Positions 54,496 through 64,000 are shown, counted from the first letter of the stretch. The stretch: 64,000 bases of DNA from an uncultured Gaiellales bacterium (GCA_964436315.1 CAYTCZ010000001.1:8741-72740); one strand, 5' to 3'. Notes: a model not told the origin generated them from the letters alone. Numbers and translations are program-made.

Positions 54496-55840
54496 CGTCG
54501 TCGTCCCCGCCGAGGTCGAGCGCGATGTCGTCGACCGATGCGATCACGGCGTGCTCCTCGTCGGAGAGGTCTTCGCGCCCGACGGTCAGCTTGTAGTGGA
54601 CGCGGGGGTCGAAGGTGTCGTGCTGTTCGACGCGGTCGAGAACCTCGGCGACGAGCTTCTTGAGGAAGACACGCGGGGCGAGCTGCACCTTGCCGCCCAT
54701 CTGTCCCACGAGGGCGTGGGCGAGGGTGCGAACGTAGTCGTCGTCGCAGACCGTTCGGACGCGTTCGGGGGCGCTGCAGCCGTCGGCGAAGAGGTCGCGG
54801 ACCTTGATACCGAGCTCGACGAGCTGGTCCTGGCCGAAGCCGAGGAGGCGGATCTGCGCCGCGCGGGGGTTGTCGAACTCGGGGGGCGTGTCGAAGTCGG
54901 TGGCGAGTCGCTGGGCGAGAGGTTCGAGGCGTCGCACGCCCTGGGAACCGGTGAAGAAGGCAGGGGTTCCGGTGATGACGACGTACATTCCGGGGAACCG
55001 CCCGCGGTCGAGCTCGTCGATGAGCTGCCGGAGGGCGTTGAGGGACTTCTCGCGGACGTCGGACCGCGAGCGCTGGAGCGTCTCGACCTCGTCGAGGACG
55101 AAGACGAGGCCCTTGATGTTGGAGTCGCGGAGCACCGTGAGGAGTCCGCCCAGGAAGCTGAGGGCTCCGGCATGGTCGACGTCTCCCTTCAGCCCAGCGT
55201 CGCGCTTCACCCCCTGTGCGACGTGGGGCTGACCGGCGAGCCAGGCGAGCAGACCCTGCGCCTTGGCCATGTCGCCCTCGGCAAAGGCCTGCTGGTAGCC
55301 GCGCAGCGCGGCGGCGAACTGCGGGGCGGTGCGGCTGACCTCGGCGAGGCGTTTCTCCATGAGCTCGCCGATCGCGCGCTCGAGAGCGGCTTCGTTCTCG
55401 TCGAGGGTGGGATCGCGTTGCAGCACGTCCATCTCGAGGCCGTAGAACCACTGGTCGATGATGTCCTGGAGGGCTCCGGGTCCGGCGGTGGCCGTGCGGA
55501 GCTGCTCCATCGCGCGGCGGTAGACGGTCTGGAGCCGGTGCAGCGGGGTTTCCGTCTCCGAGATTTGCACCTCGGTGGTCGCGAAGCCTTTTCGGCGGGC
55601 GAGCTCCTCGATCCAGCGGACGGTGAACGTCTTGCCGGTGCCGTAGTCACCTCGGACGGCCTTGAACGCGCCGTTCCCCTTGCCGACGTACTCGAGCTCC
55701 TCTTCGATCGCGCCGGCGAATCGGTCGAGGCCGACGGCGAGGAGGTCGAGCCCGTTGCTCGGCACCGATCCCTTGCGCAGCGCGTGGAGGACCTGCTCGC
55801 GGCGCTCCGGGCTGACGTCATGCATGCTGCGATTCCCCAT
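54485..55840 (-). CDS. brxD: BREX ATP-binding protein BrxD (DUF2791-type P-loop, 451 aa)
   Basis: AVRGDYGTGKTFTVRW (Walker A), LVFVLDEVETL (Walker B). Lies 12 nt downstream of pglZ. Confidence 0.75.
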   Translation of the reverse strand: MGNRSMHDVSPERREQVLHALRKGSVPSNGLDLLAVGLDRFAGAIEEELEYVGKGNGAFKAVRGDYGTGKTFTVRWIEELARRKGFATTEVQISETETPLHRLQTVYRRAMEQLRTATAGPGALQDIIDQWFYGLEMDVLQRDPTLDENEAALERAIGELMEKRLAEVSRTAPQFAAALRGYQQAFAEGDMAKAQGLLAWLAGQPHVAQGVKRDAGLKGDVDHAGALSFLGGLLTVLRDSNIKGLVFVLDEVETLQRSRSDVREKSLNALRQLIDELDRGRFPGMYVVITGTPAFFTGSQGVRRLEPLAQRLATDFDTPPEFDNPRAAQIRLLGFGQDQLVELGIKVRDLFADGCSAPERVRTVCDDDYVRTLAHALVGQMGGKVQLAPRVFLKKLVAEVLDRVEQHDTFDPRVHYKLTVGREDLSDEEHAVIASVDDIALDLGGDDDDEL

Positions 55841-55852
55841 GGGAGTTCCTCG

Positions 55853-58486
55853 TCAGAGATGAAACTGGTGTTTCAGCGTGTCCCGGTCGAGGCGCACGAC
55901 GTCCTCGCTCCGGTCGAAGTCGAGGGCGCGAAACCCTTCGACGTTGAGTAGCTTTTGAAGCGTCGGGATCCGTCGTCGCATGCGGACGAGCGGCATTTCG
56001 ATCGCCTCGGCGAGGGTGGCGACGTAGGCCCTGTTCTGGTTCGCGTCGAGGGTGGCGAACAGCGTGGCGAGCTGGTCGTCGTCGAACGAGCCCTTGAGCC
56101 CGCGTCGCCGCTCGTCAAAGGTCTTCGAGGCGAGGAGCTTCGCGATCCAGGGCGCGAGCTCGCCGGACTTCTGTGGGACGAAGAACGACATCTGTGGGTC
56201 GTCGGACGCCGGGGTCGGATCGTGGGCCGTCGCGGCGACGCGGGCCTCTTCGTCGCGGAAGTGCCACCATGCGGGCTTGTCCATCGACAGGGAGGTCCAT
56301 CGCTCCGAATCGGGAGGCCGAGTGGTGAGGAGAATGCAGGGGGCGACGAGCTCCTGCAGGCTGACGCCGCCATGGTATCCGCGTTTGTTGCCGGTGTAGC
56401 GGATGCGTTCGGAGCACGCTACGACGAGCTTCTTCCCTTCCCCGGAGCGGTTGATCATGTCCCCCTGGACCTCGAACTCTCCGTCCGAAGCCGCGGGGGG
56501 AAGTTCGCGGTGCCGGGCCGACTTGCCGGCCCCCTCGATGTTGGTCCCGCCGTCCCAGATGTACCCATGGTCAGCGACGACGAGGACGTCGCGACCATGG
56601 GCGGACGCCAACTGCAGGAGGGACTTCAGGGGTGGTACGGCGTCGATGTCCCATTCGAACGCGAGCTGATCGGAACCGCCGAGCTGATCGTCGACCGCGT
56701 TGAGCACCACCCCGACGACGCGGTACTTCGCGTCCGCGATCGCTTCTGCGACCGCCGCGCCGACCTTGCCGGGTCCGGGCGCGTCGAGTTCCTTCTTGTG
56801 GAAGAGGACGCTCTTACGCTTGTTGCCGATCGCGTTCTGCAGATGGGGCTGGCTCTCGAAGCCCTTCTTCTCGACAGACTGGCCCCCCTTCTGGAGGACT
56901 CCGGTGAGGAGGGATGTGCGCGAGAAGGTGGTGATCGACGGGACGGCGGCCAACATCGGGCGCAGCTTGCCCTCTTTCGCGGGGACGTAGGCGAGCCACT
57001 CCTCGAACCCTCGGTCTTCGGTGATCTGGCGTGCGACGAACCAGGAGAGCCCGTCGATGACGACGACCAACACGTCGCGCTCCTTGCTGAGAGGAGCGAG
57101 GACGTTGGGCATCATCTCGTGAACGAAGAACGCTCCCGAGACGTGCCCGGTCTTTTGGAGAGCGTGGACGACCGCGGCGCCGAAGTGGAGGTTTCGTTCC
57201 GTAGAGTGCTCGAGCGCGAGGTCCAGAACATGGGAGGCCGCCTCGGCCAGGTTGGTCCCGAGATCCCCCTGGGCGAGAGACTCGCGCAGGGCGTCGATGT
57301 GGCTGCCGGTTTCGACGTAGTCGCGCGCGAGGCTCCCGGGATCGTCGGGGTGTTGCGTGGCGCCGGTCTTCGCGAGCTTTGCCGTGAGTCGAACCAGCGC
57401 GTCGACGCGGTTTCGGAAGGCGCCGTTTTCCTTTTGGAAGCGGCGGTGGCGGCGGACGAGCTCGTGAGAAGCGAGGAGCTCGGTGAGGGGGCGGGACCCG
57501 CGAAGATGGTCGACACAGGCATCACCGAGTCCGCGTGTACGCGCCTCGTAGCCGATGTTGCTGATGTCGCTGTAGAGGGCGAGGCCGGTGGCTCGCTCCT
57601 GCTCCAGGATCGCGTCGAGGGCCTTGGCGATCGCCTCGGATGGAGCCGTCGTGCGGAGAACTTCGGCGGCGAACTCGCCGAGCCACTCGGTCTTCAGCGT
57701 GCTCTTCTCGAAGTAGTCTTCGAGGCGCGTTTGAAACTGGACGGAGGCGACAGTCTCTCCGGCTCGTTCGGCGCCGACGGTGGCGCGGGCTGCGTGTGCC
57801 AGGGCGTGCAGTCGAACGCCGATGTCGGCCCCTTCCGCGATGGCGCGCGACGCGGCGCGGAACACCAGTTTCACCGTCTCGCCGCAGCGAGAGCGGGCGC
57901 GGTCGAGGACATGGTCACGCAGCGCGGCGTCGTCGAGGAGCTCCGCAGCCTTCGCAGGCGAGTTGATGAACCAGCGGACCCACGCGTCGGTTTCGGCGGG
58001 CTCCTCGGTCATCGACAGAACGCAGGTGAAATAGGCTCCCCACGCCTCGTCTTCACCGAGCACGCCTGTGCGTGCCGGGGGAAATTTCGCCGCTCCGGCA
58101 CATCCGAGGAGGGCGCGGCCGAGGGCATCGTTCTTTCGAAGCCGGCTGTCGGCACCGGTGGCCTCGAAAAGCGGCAGCAGCGACTGCCAGCGGTCGAAGC
58201 TGAGGAGCTGGTGGTTCGCGATGCGGGCGCGCACGTCGCGACCGAGATCTCTCGTCTCGAGCGGGGTGACGATCGCGAGCCGCGAGTCGTCGTCCGACTC
58301 GATCATCGCTGCGCGTATGGCGAGCTCGGAGGGGGCGAAGACAATCCGCCAGCGGTCGTCCGCGACGTTCAGCTCGCCGGGGAGGTCGCGGACCCGGTCG
58401 TCATGAAACGCAAACACCCGCGAGTCGGCAAACCGCCGGGCCGCCGTCTGCAGATGTTTCGCGAGTTCTTCCAGCGCCGCGGTCAC
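55853..58486 (-). CDS. pglZ: BREX alkaline-phosphatase-superfamily protein PglZ (~877 aa)
   Basis: VVVIDGLSWFVARQ and DVLVVADHGYIWDG (PglZ-domain metal-site contexts). GTG 58486 is preceded by GAAGGAGAAG and overlaps the pglY stop. The track ORF's first 115 codons overlap pglY and are rejected. Confidence 0.85.
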   Translation of the reverse strand: MTAALEELAKHLQTAARRFADSRVFAFHDDRVRDLPGELNVADDRWRIVFAPSELAIRAAMIESDDDSRLAIVTPLETRDLGRDVRARIANHQLLSFDRWQSLLPLFEATGADSRLRKNDALGRALLGCAGAAKFPPARTGVLGEDEAWGAYFTCVLSMTEEPAETDAWVRWFINSPAKAAELLDDAALRDHVLDRARSRCGETVKLVFRAASRAIAEGADIGVRLHALAHAARATVGAERAGETVASVQFQTRLEDYFEKSTLKTEWLGEFAAEVLRTTAPSEAIAKALDAILEQERATGLALYSDISNIGYEARTRGLGDACVDHLRGSRPLTELLASHELVRRHRRFQKENGAFRNRVDALVRLTAKLAKTGATQHPDDPGSLARDYVETGSHIDALRESLAQGDLGTNLAEAASHVLDLALEHSTERNLHFGAAVVHALQKTGHVSGAFFVHEMMPNVLAPLSKERDVLVVVIDGLSWFVARQITEDRGFEEWLAYVPAKEGKLRPMLAAVPSITTFSRTSLLTGVLQKGGQSVEKKGFESQPHLQNAIGNKRKSVLFHKKELDAPGPGKVGAAVAEAIADAKYRVVGVVLNAVDDQLGGSDQLAFEWDIDAVPPLKSLLQLASAHGRDVLVVADHGYIWDGGTNIEGAGKSARHRELPPAASDGEFEVQGDMINRSGEGKKLVVACSERIRYTGNKRGYHGGVSLQELVAPCILLTTRPPDSERWTSLSMDKPAWWHFRDEEARVAATAHDPTPASDDPQMSFFVPQKSGELAPWIAKLLASKTFDERRRGLKGSFDDDQLATLFATLDANQNRAYVATLAEAIEMPLVRMRRRIPTLQKLLNVEGFRALDFDRSEDVVRLDRDTLKHQFHL

Positions 58487-61400
58487 ACCTTCTCCTTCGT
58501 GACGCGGATGTTGAGGACGGTACCGTTCTCGAAAAACTCTTTCGCTTTCGGGTCGGTCTTCAATGCATCGACGAGCTGGGCAAGCGCCTGATCCGGCCCT
58601 CCCTGCACTTTGAAAGTGACTTCGATTTGCTCGGCCTTCGAGTGGGGGGGCGCAGGGCCACCACCATTGCCAGACGGGGTGTCGATCAGCGCGATTGCTC
58701 GTTTCGTCAGCTCGGAGAACTTCTCGAGCGGATGAACGTGCTCTCGGGCGAGCAGGTGGGCCCGGGACTCCTCCATGAACTTCTGCGCCACCGGTTCGTT
58801 CTTTGCCGCGACGATCGGATAGATCTCCCACTGGGTCGAACTCAAGACCTGCAGCATCGTGGCGGTGCGCGGCAGGGACATCTTCATGCTCCCCATGTCG
58901 TCGGCGCCGATCTGGAGCTCGGCGATCGTCTCGATGGTGGTGGTCGCATCTTCGTCGAGCGCCGCGACGATCTCCGCCAGGAGCGTAGCGCCTCGATGCC
59001 GGTCGCTCCCTTCGACCGCCTCACGGTCGAGGTCGAGCTTACGACCAGCTTCGACGAGCTTCTCGGGGATTTGCCTGAGAGACGGCAGCTTTCCTTCGGC
59101 GCGCTCCTGCATGTCGGTGACGAGCCGCTCCACGTTGCGGGCGTTCTTCATGCGCCCGGGCGTGACGCCGAACACGCCGGCGGCCACGCGGCACGCTGCT
59201 TCCCAAGCGTCGTCTCCGGGCATCTTCCGGTAGACCAGGCGGGCGGCATCGGGAAGGTCCCCGACCTGGGCGGCGATGCTCTGCTGCCCGACGCGAAAGA
59301 CCATGTTCTCTTGGGCAGCGTAGACCAGGATGATGAGATCCTGCAGCACATCGGGGATCCCGCTCGGGTCGTCCGGTGGATCGATGAGGCGGCGCAGTTC
59401 GCCGACGACGACGTCCTGGTCCCCTTTCGAGAGTCCGCGGTTGAATCGTTCCCGCCAGTTTCCCGAGGGGGCGAATCGGTTGTCCCCCATCTGCCCGAGG
59501 TCGAGAGGAACGGCCCATTGGGCGAGTTCCTTCCGCATGGCGTTGTCCTCCACGAAGGCGCTCGCCTCGCCGCTCTCGACGATGTCGACGAGGAGGTCGG
59601 CCATCTTCTGCGCGCGCCCCCTGGTCGTGGTGTCGTCGGGGAGGTTCGGCGCGGCGGGGAATCCGGCGCCGAGCGCGGCCTCGACGATCCTGCGCAGGGC
59701 GTCGTCGAACGGCACACCGCCGGGGACCCGCGGTTCGAACCCCGGCCTCAGCGAGACGAGATGTCGCTGGGGCTGGTTTGCATGGTCGACGAGATCGTTC
59801 TGCGGGTCCTTGTCGATCCCGTAAGAGATGCGGAGCGCCTGGCGCAGATTCTCCCGCAACGACGACCGCAGACTCTGGAGCGCAGCGCGGACGGTCGGCC
59901 GGTCGCTCGTGGCGAGGTGCTCGACCTGCTGATCGAACCGGTCGATGATGTAGTCGATCTTGATGATGCGGCCGAGCGCCTCACGCCCTCCGGCAGAGAG
60001 GAAGGAGGGGAGCCAGGCGAGGGTGTCGGTGCCGTCTTCGTAGTACTCGGCGAACTTCTGGAGCTTCTGGAAATCGTCGGTCGGGAAATGCTCGTCATCG
60101 TCGAACGGGTAGTCGATGATGACCTGCCAGCGTTCACCGTCGGACTCCATCTGGTCGAACGCCATCTCGCGGACGTTTCGGTACGAGACCTGGACCTTGC
60201 GCTGTGCACCGCGCCACGGAATTCGATACTCGGTCCAGAGGTCGCCGCCGAGGTCGAGGCCGAACCACTGGAAGAGCATCTCCTGAATCTTGCGACGACG
60301 GTTGCCCTCGTTGTCCTGAGCCTGGACGCGCTGCAGGAGCGCCTCGAGGTCGACGTTCGAGAGCTGGAGCGAGACGGTGGGGTTGGCAGCTTCGGCCCCC
60401 AGGCGAATCTCACCGACCAGCGCCGCCCACTGCCGCAGCTTGTTGACGAGCGCGCTGACCTCGCCGCCGGCGATAGGGGTCTTCACCGCACCGTAGTTCA
60501 GCGCGACGAGCCGCGCCGCGGTCATGTCCTTGAATGCTTCGACGCCGGGGACGAGGGTCGAGACGAGGAGGGTCTTGATGATACGGTCGTCGTTGCGAAA
60601 GAACTCGGAGTCGGGTTCGTCCCCCGGCTGGAAACCGTGCTGCTGGAGCAGCATCGGCCGAAGTCGGGTGTCGTAGAGCTTCTGGGCGCTGCGGAACGTC
60701 TGGAGGATGACGTCGGAGAACGGTTCCTGCTGATCGGAGATGACGTCCCAGAGATCTCCGACAGGGATCACCTGGCCGAGCTCGAGGTCCTCGCGACGGT
60801 TCACGAGCAGCATCAGGAGCAAGCGGAGGGCCGTACGCTCGCGGTGCAGGAGCGCCGAAAGCGCGACCAGCGCCTGGACCAGCACGGGGCTGAAGGGGAA
60901 GACGGCAGCGAACAGTGCCTCGTCTGCCTCTCGCCCGAGCATGATGTCGCGCTCGGCAGGTTTCATCCGCGCGACCGTCTTGCCGAACGACTGGCGGATC
61001 TCCTCCTTTTTGTGGCTGTCCTTCGGCTTGAGGAGTCGTTGTTCGACGATGACGGGGAGGTTTCGGTCCTCGAGCTTGATGGTGTCGAGGCCGCGGTCCC
61101 AGTACTGAAGCTGCGTCCAGACGCGGAACTGCTCCATCCCGGGATGCTGGTCGCCGATGAAGTCGCGGAGGTCCCGCTGCTTGGCGACGAAGCTGATGAT
61201 GGGGATTGTGCGGTTCGCGTCCTGCGCCTCGATGAGCTTGGAGATCTTGGGGCCCTCGCGGTCGAGGAACGCGAGGTCTCCGGCCCGGCTGGCAAGCCAG
61301 AGGACGAGCTCGTCGAGAAAGAGGATGAGGCCTTGGTATCGCTGGTTGCCGTTCTCGTCTTCGAGGGAGGCCGCGTGGCGAGAGATGGTGGCGAGGCCCT

Positions 61401-62157
61401 CGTCGAGGTCGACGAACCCGTGCTGACCGGCGCGCGCGGTGTCGATGGTGGCGGAGAGCAGCTTGGCGACGACGTCGCCGACGAGGTTGGTGAGGCTCTC
61501 GGAGCCCGGCTCGGCGTGGCGCGCGGCGGCGTAAGTGTCGGCGTTCCAACTCTTCTGGAGCTTGCCCCACCCTCCTCCTCCACCAGAGCCGGCCCCCTCG
61601 TTGAGGCTGGCGAAGAACTTGTCGTCCCCCATCTTCTCGCGGAGCTCGTCGGCGTTGGCGAGGATCTTCTCGGAGAGATAGACGCCGGGGAGACTTGCCT
61701 CGGGGTGGTTCTTGCGAATGAAGTCGACGTAGCCGCCGAGGATCGCCTGCTCCATGCTCGTCGCGTTCATGAAGTGATAGGGGATCATCAGGAAGCGGTT
61801 CTTCTCGATCCACTCCTGGTGTTCGGCGACGACCGGGCCGAAGTTTTCGAGCTGGCGGGCGGGGGGGAAGCCTTCCAGCAGAAGGTTGAGGACCGCCATG
61901 AAGTGCGACTTACCGGATCCGAACGATCCATGGAGGTAGGCCGCGACGCTCTTGTTGCCCTCGACCGCGGACCGGATGAGGCGAAGCGCCTGGTCGAAGC
62001 GTTCGGCGATCTGCGGCGTCACGACATACGTGTCGACCGTATGTTGCTTCTTCTGAACGCCTTCGGTCAGTTTCAGGACGAAGTCGTTCTTGTGAACCTC
62101 TTTCGGAATCTCGACGAGGTCTTTCCACAGCGTCATGTTTGTCCCCGATGTTGGCAA
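58483..62157 (-). CDS. pglY: BREX P-loop ATPase PglY/BrxC (1,224 aa)
   Basis: YLHGSFGSGKSHFMAVLNLLLEG (Walker A) and LILFLDELVLWL (Walker B). Size and position upstream of pglZ fit. ATG 62136 is an alternative start. Confidence 0.85.
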   Translation of the reverse strand: MPTSGTNMTLWKDLVEIPKEVHKNDFVLKLTEGVQKKQHTVDTYVVTPQIAERFDQALRLIRSAVEGNKSVAAYLHGSFGSGKSHFMAVLNLLLEGFPPARQLENFGPVVAEHQEWIEKNRFLMIPYHFMNATSMEQAILGGYVDFIRKNHPEASLPGVYLSEKILANADELREKMGDDKFFASLNEGAGSGGGGGWGKLQKSWNADTYAAARHAEPGSESLTNLVGDVVAKLLSATIDTARAGQHGFVDLDEGLATISRHAASLEDENGNQRYQGLILFLDELVLWLASRAGDLAFLDREGPKISKLIEAQDANRTIPIISFVAKQRDLRDFIGDQHPGMEQFRVWTQLQYWDRGLDTIKLEDRNLPVIVEQRLLKPKDSHKKEEIRQSFGKTVARMKPAERDIMLGREADEALFAAVFPFSPVLVQALVALSALLHRERTALRLLLMLLVNRREDLELGQVIPVGDLWDVISDQQEPFSDVILQTFRSAQKLYDTRLRPMLLQQHGFQPGDEPDSEFFRNDDRIIKTLLVSTLVPGVEAFKDMTAARLVALNYGAVKTPIAGGEVSALVNKLRQWAALVGEIRLGAEAANPTVSLQLSNVDLEALLQRVQAQDNEGNRRRKIQEMLFQWFGLDLGGDLWTEYRIPWRGAQRKVQVSYRNVREMAFDQMESDGERWQVIIDYPFDDDEHFPTDDFQKLQKFAEYYEDGTDTLAWLPSFLSAGGREALGRIIKIDYIIDRFDQQVEHLATSDRPTVRAALQSLRSSLRENLRQALRISYGIDKDPQNDLVDHANQPQRHLVSLRPGFEPRVPGGVPFDDALRRIVEAALGAGFPAAPNLPDDTTTRGRAQKMADLLVDIVESGEASAFVEDNAMRKELAQWAVPLDLGQMGDNRFAPSGNWRERFNRGLSKGDQDVVVGELRRLIDPPDDPSGIPDVLQDLIILVYAAQENMVFRVGQQSIAAQVGDLPDAARLVYRKMPGDDAWEAACRVAAGVFGVTPGRMKNARNVERLVTDMQERAEGKLPSLRQIPEKLVEAGRKLDLDREAVEGSDRHRGATLLAEIVAALDEDATTTIETIAELQIGADDMGSMKMSLPRTATMLQVLSSTQWEIYPIVAAKNEPVAQKFMEESRAHLLAREHVHPLEKFSELTKRAIALIDTPSGNGGGPAPPHSKAEQIEVTFKVQGGPDQALAQLVDALKTDPKAKEFFENGTVLNIRVTKEKV

Positions 62158-62211
62158 GACCCCTGTTTTAGAGGTTGACCGGCAATCGGGTCAACGCCGG
62201 GGCCTTCGATT

Positions 62212-64000
62212 TCATTCGAGTGAGCGAGGAACCTGAACGTACTCGGTGGGATGAAGCACCGGGATCTTCGCGCCGTCGATTTCGGGCGCCACGTGACGAC
62301 GGTCCCCCGGCACGAGGACCCAGACCATACGGGGCCCGTCGCTGGTGCCGGAGTGCTCGTGGAGCGCCTGCAGGATCGACATCGACTCGGCGTCTTCGTA
62401 GCGCGCGATCAGGCCAGGCTCGGTGAGCAGAACGTCCCCTCGGCGGCTCAGCAGGTCGTCGCGGACCGCTGGCAACACGTGGAACCGGAGGAGCTGCATC
62501 AGGTTGTTCCACTCGCCGTCGGACGCACGCGCGTCGGCTCGGAGGACGACTTCGAGATCGATCTCGAGCTCCGATGCCTTCCGTCGCAACACCTCGAAGA
62601 AGAGCCTGTCGAAGGAGACGTGCTCGACCTCGGGGTGCGCCTCGACGAGCCATCGCCGGGTGGCGTCGAGCTCCTGCGTCGGGGTCGTCATGACCAGAAA
62701 GCCTCCGTACTGGCGCTTGTAGTCGAGGCGTTCGGCGAACTGCCGTGCGACGCTGGCCTGCTCGGTCGGTGGAAGATGCGTGCCACTACTGAGCGACGTG
62801 GCCATCGTGCTGCGGGTGAGGAAGATGTCGTCGAGGTCTCGGTTGACGTAGGCCCCGCGACCTTCGCGGCGGGAAGTGTCCCATTGGAACCGCAGCCCCG
62901 CCGATTCGAGCAGGTCGGCGAGCTCGGGATGGTCGGGGATCGGCTCGGTACTCGGGTAGCGGCTGGCGACGCGAGAGGCGATCTCCTCGGGGGTAAAGTC
63001 TTCGCCGGCGGCGAAGATCCCGGCGCAGAGCTCGATCGCCCGGGCTGCCGCGAGTTTCTTGGAGGAGAGCTCGTTTCGGCTGGAGAGCGTCGCGTACTCC
63101 GACGCCTCGGCGGCCAGGGTGAGCAGTCGAAGCTGCGAGGGGGGCGCGATGCGGAGCTGCTCGCAGACTTCGCGCAGCGTTTCGGTCGCGCGAGAGGGGC
63201 TGACGACCTCGCTCGCGGCGACCATCTTGTCGGCCGCCTTGCCGAGCCGCGGCAGGAGGTCCATCAGCTCGTCGCGGTTGATGACGAACGCTGCGCGCGA
63301 CCAGACCCGTGCGAGGAACAAGCGCGGTTCGTCGGCGGCGAGTTCGGCTTCGATGGCCGCCCGCGACACCGCGGCCGCGGCGGCGAGCCGCTCGTCGGGA
63401 TCCTGCAGAACGCAGCCCCGCAGCCCCAGCACGCGGCGCGCGAGCTCGCGGTCGGAGATCGCTCCCTCGTTGTTCTCGACGAGCCGCACGATGTCGTCCC
63501 GAAGCGGAGCGAGCGCGTGCTTGCGCTCCCACTGCTGGCGAAGCTCCGCGAACTGTGCCTCGAAAGTCTCGCGATCGTACTCGGTCCTTCCGCTCATCAT
63601 ATCGAGGGTCGGCCACGGCAGGGCAGCCTGCACCTCCTCCTGCCCGAGCAGCGCGGCGACGAACTCGCGGTACGATTTGGAGTCCCGGGACAGCGTCCCG
63701 GTGAGCCGGTCGAGGATCTGGTCGACGGAGTACTCGTTCGCCGAGACGTCGTCGTCCTCGATGGACGTCTCCTGTAGCCCTCCGTCGGGGAAATGCTCGA
63801 GCAGCTTGTCGCGCAGAGCGAGGATCTCCGAGCGCACCTGACCGGAGAGCCCCTTTCGGAAGCGAAGCTGGCCGCTCGACGGCGCCACGAGATCGCGAAC
63901 GCTGACGATATTCAGCTTGTCGAGAGCGTCCTGCGCGACCGCCGACAGGCCGAGCGTCGAGAGCCGTGCATCGATCGGGGTTTCGGCGAGGCGGTCCGCG
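62212..64000 (-). CDS. 3' part (at least 596 codons) of a large gene whose 5' end is outside the window; candidate pglW, but no kinase motif lies in the visible part
   Basis: The minus-strand frame of the 62212-63888 ORF has no stop in 63889-64000 (checked codon by codon), so the gene continues upstream. The visible part contains an HhH-like LSTLGLSAVAQDALDKLNIVSVRDL. It lies 54 nt upstream of pglY. Confidence 0.5.
   Translation of the reverse strand, partial: ADRLAETPIDARLSTLGLSAVAQDALDKLNIVSVRDLVAPSSGQLRFRKGLSGQVRSEILALRDKLLEHFPDGGLQETSIEDDDVSANEYSVDQILDRLTGTLSRDSKSYREFVAALLGQEEVQAALPWPTLDMMSGRTEYDRETFEAQFAELRQQWERKHALAPLRDDIVRLVENNEGAISDRELARRVLGLRGCVLQDPDERLAAAAAVSRAAIEAELAADEPRLFLARVWSRAAFVINRDELMDLLPRLGKAADKMVAASEVVSPSRATETLREVCEQLRIAPPSQLRLLTLAAEASEYATLSSRNELSSKKLAAARAIELCAGIFAAGEDFTPEEIASRVASRYPSTEPIPDHPELADLLESAGLRFQWDTSRREGRGAYVNRDLDDIFLTRSTMATSLSSGTHLPPTEQASVARQFAERLDYKRQYGGFLVMTTPTQELDATRRWLVEAHPEVEHVSFDRLFFEVLRRKASELEIDLEVVLRADARASDGEWNNLMQLLRFHVLPAVRDDLLSRRGDVLLTEPGLIARYEDAESMSILQALHEHSGTSDGPRMVWVLVPGDRRHVAPEIDGAKIPVLHPTEYVQVPRSLE

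Noticed and set aside
52396-62178. Very long plus-strand ORFs antisense to the BREX genes (52396-54663, 54269-55951, 55955-58591, 58627-62178). The same pattern occurs at 62251-63777, 49544-51217, 41762-43486, 38153-39790, 36338-37663, 36126-37253, 17695-19926, 6319-7380 and 22-948
   Set aside because: These are shadow ORFs typical of high-GC DNA. They have Gly/Arg/Val/Asp/Glu- or Arg/Pro-dominated composition and no motifs. Each lies opposite a gene with clear family signatures.
1-64000. tRNA, rRNA or other canonical RNA genes
   Set aside because: I found no T-loop-type GGTTCGAATCC-like motif in a cloverleaf context and no rRNA-like conserved stretch. All sizeable gaps are explained by repeats or promoter regions.

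Overview
GC-rich bacterial DNA (spot counts about 65-70% G+C; taxon not determinable by eye). The window is almost entirely an anti-phage defence island. All domain calls come from reading motifs in the supplied translations; no database search was run. Modules I recognise: (a) a prokaryotic viperin (pVip) fused to a P-loop nucleotide-kinase-like domain, 9120-10604; (b) a complete type I Zorya operon zorABCD, 20746-27424; (c) an AAA+ ATPase plus S8 subtilase pair of the IetAS type, 28667-32047; (d) a type 2 (Pgl-like) BREX set, pglY-pglZ-brxD-brxHI at 52360-62157, with its methyltransferase pglX displaced to 36350-40027; (e) two McrBC-type modules (40344-43468 and 45093-49318) and a solitary PD-(D/E)XK gene lying between the two BREX halves. 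Modules I cannot assign to any named system: a four-gene nuclease/ATPase operon (1-8658); a 1,237-aa motif-less protein plus a 763-aa lipoprotein (10797-16989); a pair of SEC-C-motif proteins directly downstream of zorD (17022-20358); three translationally coupled small ORFs upstream of ietA (32288-33652); and a membrane-anchored SNF2 ATPase coupled to brxHI (49412-52363). Non-coding or structural oddities: five tandem copies of a 7-nt unit inside pglX (possible phase-variation switch); a 42-nt in-frame duplication with perfect hairpins next to it; 86-bp structured tandem repeats in the pglX leader; a roughly 228-bp duplicate of the pglX 3' end 2.5 kb downstream, bracketing an AlbA_2/HATPase_c_4 gene; and a nested palindrome in the 554-bp divergent intergenic region. 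I recognised no rRNA, tRNA, CRISPR array, transposase or integrase. Many long ORFs in the track are antisense or out-of-frame shadows typical of high-GC DNA and were rejected.
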